57,792 bases of DNA from a virus. Its lineage: Duplodnaviria > Caudoviricetes. The position numbers were made by a program, and so were the translations under genes. The notes beneath the pieces were generated by a model. That model did not search any database. It had not been told where the DNA came from and saw only the letters and a program-made list of their open reading frames with translations. The stretch covers positions 1 through 57,792 of IMG/VR virus record IMGVR_UViG_3300043420_000463, one strand, 5' to 3'. Below, piece by piece: positions 54,001-57,792 of the stretch; position 1 is the first letter of the stretch, and each line of letters starts with the position of its first letter.

Positions 54001-57000
54001 ACACTTGGAACCAGGCATCACTAACTGACGCTTTTGCTACTGTTGCTTATCACACCAAGGGCGATGCTTATTGGAAGGATGACTGGAGAAACTTCCACAT
54101 TCGTGCTTCTGATGACTCGTTTATTCAGTGTGTTTCGGTCTTCGCTGTTGGATTCTTCGATCACTTCTTGATGGAGTCTGGTGGTGACATGTCGATCACC
54201 AACTCTAACTCGAACTTTGGTAATACTTCCCTACATGCTATTGGTTTCAAAGGATTCTCTTTTAACCAGGATAAGGGTGGTTACATTACTGATATTGTTC
54301 CTGTTAAAAAAATTGATACTAGTGAATTTAATCTAAAGGATCTTAAGTACTATCCTCTTTCTAACCAGGCAACCAAAGCAGATGGTAATAGAACCAGACT
54401 ATATTATAGTGGAGATAATGTATATACTCCATTCTCAAAACCAGCAACTTCTATTGATGGATATAGACTTGGCGCTAGAACTAATGATAAACTGTTCTTA
54501 AAACTACCAAAACTTGGTGGTGGAACTGATTTCTATGAAGCAACTGTTTCTCCTTCTGGATTTAAAAAGTATACAGCTTCTTTAGAAACTTTAACTCCTG
54601 CTGGAATTGCTATTGATAACTATGCTCAAGATGCTGCTAATTTGATTGAATCCAACAAAGCATTCATTCAAAATGAGGCGTATCTTTATATTATTACTAA
54701 ATACCCAGAACTTCAAACAAATACCAATATTACTATTGCTAAGTGTGAAAGGGACATCGGTTATTTTGTAGATGCTGTTGTTCAAGATTTGAGACTTGGT
54801 GGTAATATTAACACTATTCAAGCAGCAGAAGGATATTATGTTGGTGGTCAACTAGCATACATTGAGCAAGAACTTAACGAGTCTATTGAGGCATACGATT
54901 ACGTTAAGAATCTCTGTATTGCTGCTATGAGGAACTTTGATTACCTCATCAGAAACTGTGAAACTGTACAGGGATCTTCAATAATTAATGTTGGCAATAC
55001 TCAAGGATTGCTCATTGGTATGAAAGTCACCCAGTATGATTACAATACAACTAATTTCACCAATGGTAGACTTAATAGAGATGCTGCTGTACCAACACAA
55101 TTAAACCCCGCTATTCCAGCTGGTGCTTATATTAAGAGAATTATTAATACTGAAGAAATTGAAATTGGTAATAGTCGCCCATCTTTGACAGTTGATGAAA
55201 ACGGTAGAGTATCTGCTGCTTTCGGTACATCTGTAAATGCTTTAATTACAACAAATACTGGAACATATTTACATTTTGAATTACCACAAACAGATTCTTT
55301 AACAGATAGTGAGGATGTACTTTCTGGTTCTTTCTCAAGCACCAATGCTGTAAGAGATAGTGAAGTTCTTCAAGATCTTGCAGTTTGGGAACCTGCTGGT
55401 GATGATGGATATCCAGAGTGTGTTAATGTTGCTGCCACGATTCAGGATTATTTTGTCAACATCTTTTTAATTCTCAACAACGGATTAACATCTCTTGGTA
55501 TCACTGAAACGGAGTCTACCAATCAGATTCTTCTTAACAAAGAGTTTATTGCTAATGAAGCAGTAGCAAGAATGCTTTTAAATCCAGCAAATTCTGAATT
55601 TACGATCCCTGGCGGAACACAAGCATATGTTGATGATGTAATTGAAGCTCTAGAAGCATATGCTTTTAATATCAAATTTGGCGGTAATGATAGAGTTTAC
55701 GATATTGCTAGAGTTTATGTAACACAACCTGGAGCAATCCAAGGTCAAAGATCTGAGTTGGTTGAAGTTTATACTAACATGAGAACTATTGCTACAGAAG
55801 TAGTTAGAAACGAAACGGTAGGAATTGCTGGATCTCATGGTTTAACTCAAATTCTAGATCCAACTCCAGTTCTAGACGAAGAAGGTTTGGATGAAATTGC
55901 TTTAACTATTACTAATCTTACAGCGATTATCAGTCAAGGTATTGGTACTGAGCAGAATCCAGGAAATCTACAGGGTATTACTAGAACTGAGCCATCTTTC
56001 AATGTTGTTGATCGTGTAGAACCAATTGTAGACACTGCTAATCTTGCTGCTAGAGCTACTCTGTTCACTATCAATACTGGATCATCCACATCAGATCCTC
56101 ATTACTTTGAAACTGGAACTCCTGTGAGACTAGTTCCCAAAGTTCGTGATGGTGTAGATCCAACCACTGTTGATAAGCGTGTAATTAGACTTCCAAAAGG
56201 ATTCTCTACTAACACAATCTACTATGTAATCGCTCCTGGTAGAACTACTAGACCAGAAGATTATTCGAATGGTGCTGATTATCCAAACACATTTACTAAT
56301 CAGTCCGCCACTAAGTTGATGTTGGCGACTACCAAAGAAAATGCCGCTGCTGGCATCTACATGTATTCGCCTGAAACAGAGTCTGTAGATGAAAATATTG
56401 AAATTGAACTTCAGCAGTATGTTCTTGATGAAACATTCGGATTACATCAATATCTCTGTAATTTTGGTTCTGGTCTAACCGATGTTGTGGAAACTGATGT
56501 ACCACATATTTTTGATGTTCCTCTTGATCTAACTGGTTACGATCCAGTTGTACAAAAAGTTTTCTTTAGAACTTTTGGCGATCCTTCTGAGTCATCATTG
56601 CCACAAATTACGGTAAACAATGTAACCACGGAAGTAAATCCAAATCAATATTATTATGTTAGATTTGTAACTCCTAAGACATTTGCTGTATTTAATACTG
56701 AATCTGAAGCTGTTGCTGGAACTCCTAGAATTACATTTGCTCCTGGATTTGGACAAAACTTCTACGTCTTTGCCGATAAGCGTGTCTCTCCTGTGAGATT
56801 TGATGCTACTAGAGATGATAGTGCTTTACTTCCAGACAACAGAGAGACAACTACTGGTCAATGGTACATTCAAACTACTGATGCTTATGATCCTGCTGTA
56901 AATATTCAGGCAAGGATGAATGAGATTGGTGAAGATCTCAAAGATGCTAGATCTAAGAACACCTTCTACCAGAGACTTGAAGATGAAAGGGGTGCCGAAG

Positions 57001-57792
57001 ATAGAATCTATCGTCTACGTTACGTTATTCCTGAGTATTCGGAAGGTGTACGTGATCCTCTAAATGGTTTTGTTCTCAAAGCGAGAACTGACGAGACTAG
57101 AAAACTACTACCACAGCGTATTGTTTTAAAACCAGTTGCTGCTGGATCTGCTTCTGTTGCTAGATTTGAGATTCAAACTCAATTAGCTGGTGGTGGTACA
57201 ATTTCACAACAATTAGGATTGCCAGATTCTGAACTAAACTCTCAGTTCTCATATGATCCTTACAATGTAAATCAAGTTAAGATTGTTGGTAGTGAGAGAA
57301 CAGATTCTAAGACATCATTTAGTATTCAATCTGCTAGAAAAACTGAAATTGCTGGTACTGAGTATCTAGAACTTACAGTATTCGACCTTGGAATTACTGA
57401 TGATGCTGTTAGAAATGAGCAGTTTGTAACTGTTAAGATTAATTCTCCTCAGGGCGGCGCTTTTAGAATTAATACTTCTACGAGCATTGAGAATAACAGA
57501 ATTACCTGGAATGGATTCTCTTCTGGATTTGGTTATCTTCAGGGATACTTTAATCCAGATGGAACCGACGAGCATTACTTAGTTATCAAAGGTCTGGATG
57601 AAGATGTGATTGAATACAACAGCAATGTTGCTACTGTATTCTCACAACCTGTTCTAGATGCTGATAATGATCCTGTTCTCGACGGCGAAGGTAATCAAGT
57701 TTTAATCTATGCTACTTTGCTAGCAAAACCAAATAGCGTAGGATCTCCAAATAATTCTCTCAGTAAGTCTGATAGAAGAGATTATCTGTACA
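51066..57792 (+). CDS. Giant late (probably virion) protein, at least 2242 aa, truncated by the window; beta-helix-type scaffold with phycobiliprotein-like helical inserts
   Basis: Manual translation MALTRLDNLYSSKTGKYLYVSPDD...PFKTIQRA...; no stop in the parts translated, and absence from the ORF track fits an unclosed frame. Confidence 0.9.
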   Translation, partial: MALTRLDNLYSSKTGKYLYVSPDDFNATDELDNRGNSPLRPFKTIQRAFIEVARYSYLPGQDNDRFDQFSIMLMPGDHYIDNRPGLVDIESGDRQRYYDAKNLIDANRQEIIDRAYAEITVRYDESLWGTDWVVPGDPVDQDKNRYYDAYRLIQWNREYIQARSTAQVAIDYPDFYFPDEPQLDSASRFADAYRLILQNKQNIVDRAWDNTALAYPSIVTTQSKCKRDLGYYVEHLALDLFFGGNKWTREFILQYFDAQGNQISNGLDGEETESNYAFEAATEFMKAALTNQSSVTVNGTVYDITSWTKDLTVTADSATGSNVSPASCSNVQTTLDNLTTIVTDVFLAGNLSGLPDEDAGQPSTGKSKCFRDIGYYIDAISLDISLGGGNVYTRKYIQNYFNASGTAWIDDGLQGEEQQSIAAFNVARDLMKSAVANQLGYKDLTLTDSGDDNQAEYTSGDCANVQTTINNLALIIQTYFLQGTLENFVPEVVADTQPGESKCKRDIGYIVDAVAADLNNGGNANIVAAAKSYFDKNGLPISNGLLGEESQSVIAFSYAGVMMKKAVTNQLYRKDLTILSGPAEYAGYETDESFVPNLPSGNSATCIDVQASIDNLIGIITTVIEEGDLTSLSSVAITGDIPVFNYNRALQEWQDNSILDLSNPDNVLYKFNASSGGAIVPRGCSLIGYDLRRTIVRPLYVPDPADGTQARTSIFNLTGGCYLWQFTIKDGDLSSNSPLFDPVANVGKVYFQAGNNSTLAIPEYSHHKITIMTYADRDDLELYYDKVGRAFALFQPSIDDGDLEALPQENRIVGPLSDTRSIVKLRLAGQTASGKTIIEATTKVAHGYFREQYVAIIDNGLDEGLNGTFKITSISDTDPKVFSYEVDLTPQQLGLDINETGYSVPDLSLSARAQAEIDSVESASPYVFNCSIRSTWGQCGMWADGSKATGFKSMVVAQYTGVSLQKDDRAFIRYDEFSNTWNQASLTDAFATVAYHTKGDAYWKDDWRNFHIRASDDSFIQCVSVFAVGFFDHFLMESGGDMSITNSNSNFGNTSLHAIGFKGFSFNQDKGGYITDIVPVKKIDTSEFNLKDLKYYPLSNQATKADGNRTRLYYSGDNVYTPFSKPATSIDGYRLGARTNDKLFLKLPKLGGGTDFYEATVSPSGFKKYTASLETLTPAGIAIDNYAQDAANLIESNKAFIQNEAYLYIITKYPELQTNTNITIAKCERDIGYFVDAVVQDLRLGGNINTIQAAEGYYVGGQLAYIEQELNESIEAYDYVKNLCIAAMRNFDYLIRNCETVQGSSIINVGNTQGLLIGMKVTQYDYNTTNFTNGRLNRDAAVPTQLNPAIPAGAYIKRIINTEEIEIGNSRPSLTVDENGRVSAAFGTSVNALITTNTGTYLHFELPQTDSLTDSEDVLSGSFSSTNAVRDSEVLQDLAVWEPAGDDGYPECVNVAATIQDYFVNIFLILNNGLTSLGITETESTNQILLNKEFIANEAVARMLLNPANSEFTIPGGTQAYVDDVIEALEAYAFNIKFGGNDRVYDIARVYVTQPGAIQGQRSELVEVYTNMRTIATEVVRNETVGIAGSHGLTQILDPTPVLDEEGLDEIALTITNLTAIISQGIGTEQNPGNLQGITRTEPSFNVVDRVEPIVDTANLAARATLFTINTGSSTSDPHYFETGTPVRLVPKVRDGVDPTTVDKRVIRLPKGFSTNTIYYVIAPGRTTRPEDYSNGADYPNTFTNQSATKLMLATTKENAAAGIYMYSPETESVDENIEIELQQYVLDETFGLHQYLCNFGSGLTDVVETDVPHIFDVPLDLTGYDPVVQKVFFRTFGDPSESSLPQITVNNVTTEVNPNQYYYVRFVTPKTFAVFNTESEAVAGTPRITFAPGFGQNFYVFADKRVSPVRFDATRDDSALLPDNRETTTGQWYIQTTDAYDPAVNIQARMNEIGEDLKDARSKNTFYQRLEDERGAEDRIYRLRYVIPEYSEGVRDPLNGFVLKARTDETRKLLPQRIVLKPVAAGSASVARFEIQTQLAGGGTISQQLGLPDSELNSQFSYDPYNVNQVKIVGSERTDSKTSFSIQSARKTEIAGTEYLELTVFDLGITDDAVRNEQFVTVKINSPQGGAFRINTSTSIENNRITWNGFSSGFGYLQGYFNPDGTDEHYLVIKGLDEDVIEYNSNVATVFSQPVLDADNDPVLDGEGNQVLIYATLLAKPNSVGSPNNSLSKSDRRDYLY

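Overview
57.8 kb segment of a T4-like cyanophage (cyanomyovirus) genome. In order: a minus-strand cluster of exported proteins and an SNase; a cell-wall/lysis block (C39 peptidase, GH24 lysozyme, tail-type lysozyme, membrane protein); a tRNA cluster interleaved with 2OG-Fe(II) oxygenases and small ORFs; a manA-like RNA; photosynthesis/redox auxiliary genes (2 hli, petF, peroxiredoxin, psbA with PhotoRC-II leader, psbD, 2 glutaredoxins); three inverted fibre/structural genes; rnh, speD, tandem glutamine riboswitches with YRG peptides, thyX, phoH, exonuclease, gp33, gp32; the baseplate/tail module (gp53, 48, 2, 4, 54-like, 26, 51, hub/tape-measure-like pair, gp5); a second tRNA cluster with a cpcT/cpeT lyase; and the first 2242+ codons of a giant late protein. 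Ten tRNAs plus one aberrant tRNA-like gene. Best leads: (1) the giant protein carries nested repeats resembling phycobiliprotein subunits with both bilin-attachment-like cysteines, 1.7 kb downstream of a T-type bilin lyase; (2) a -1 frameshift signal fusing C39 peptidase to lysozyme; (3) a second -1 signal fusing gp26 to gp51; (4) an NtcA box plus tandem glutamine riboswitches, the second with an ORF inside its stem. All calls were made by eye; no searches were run.
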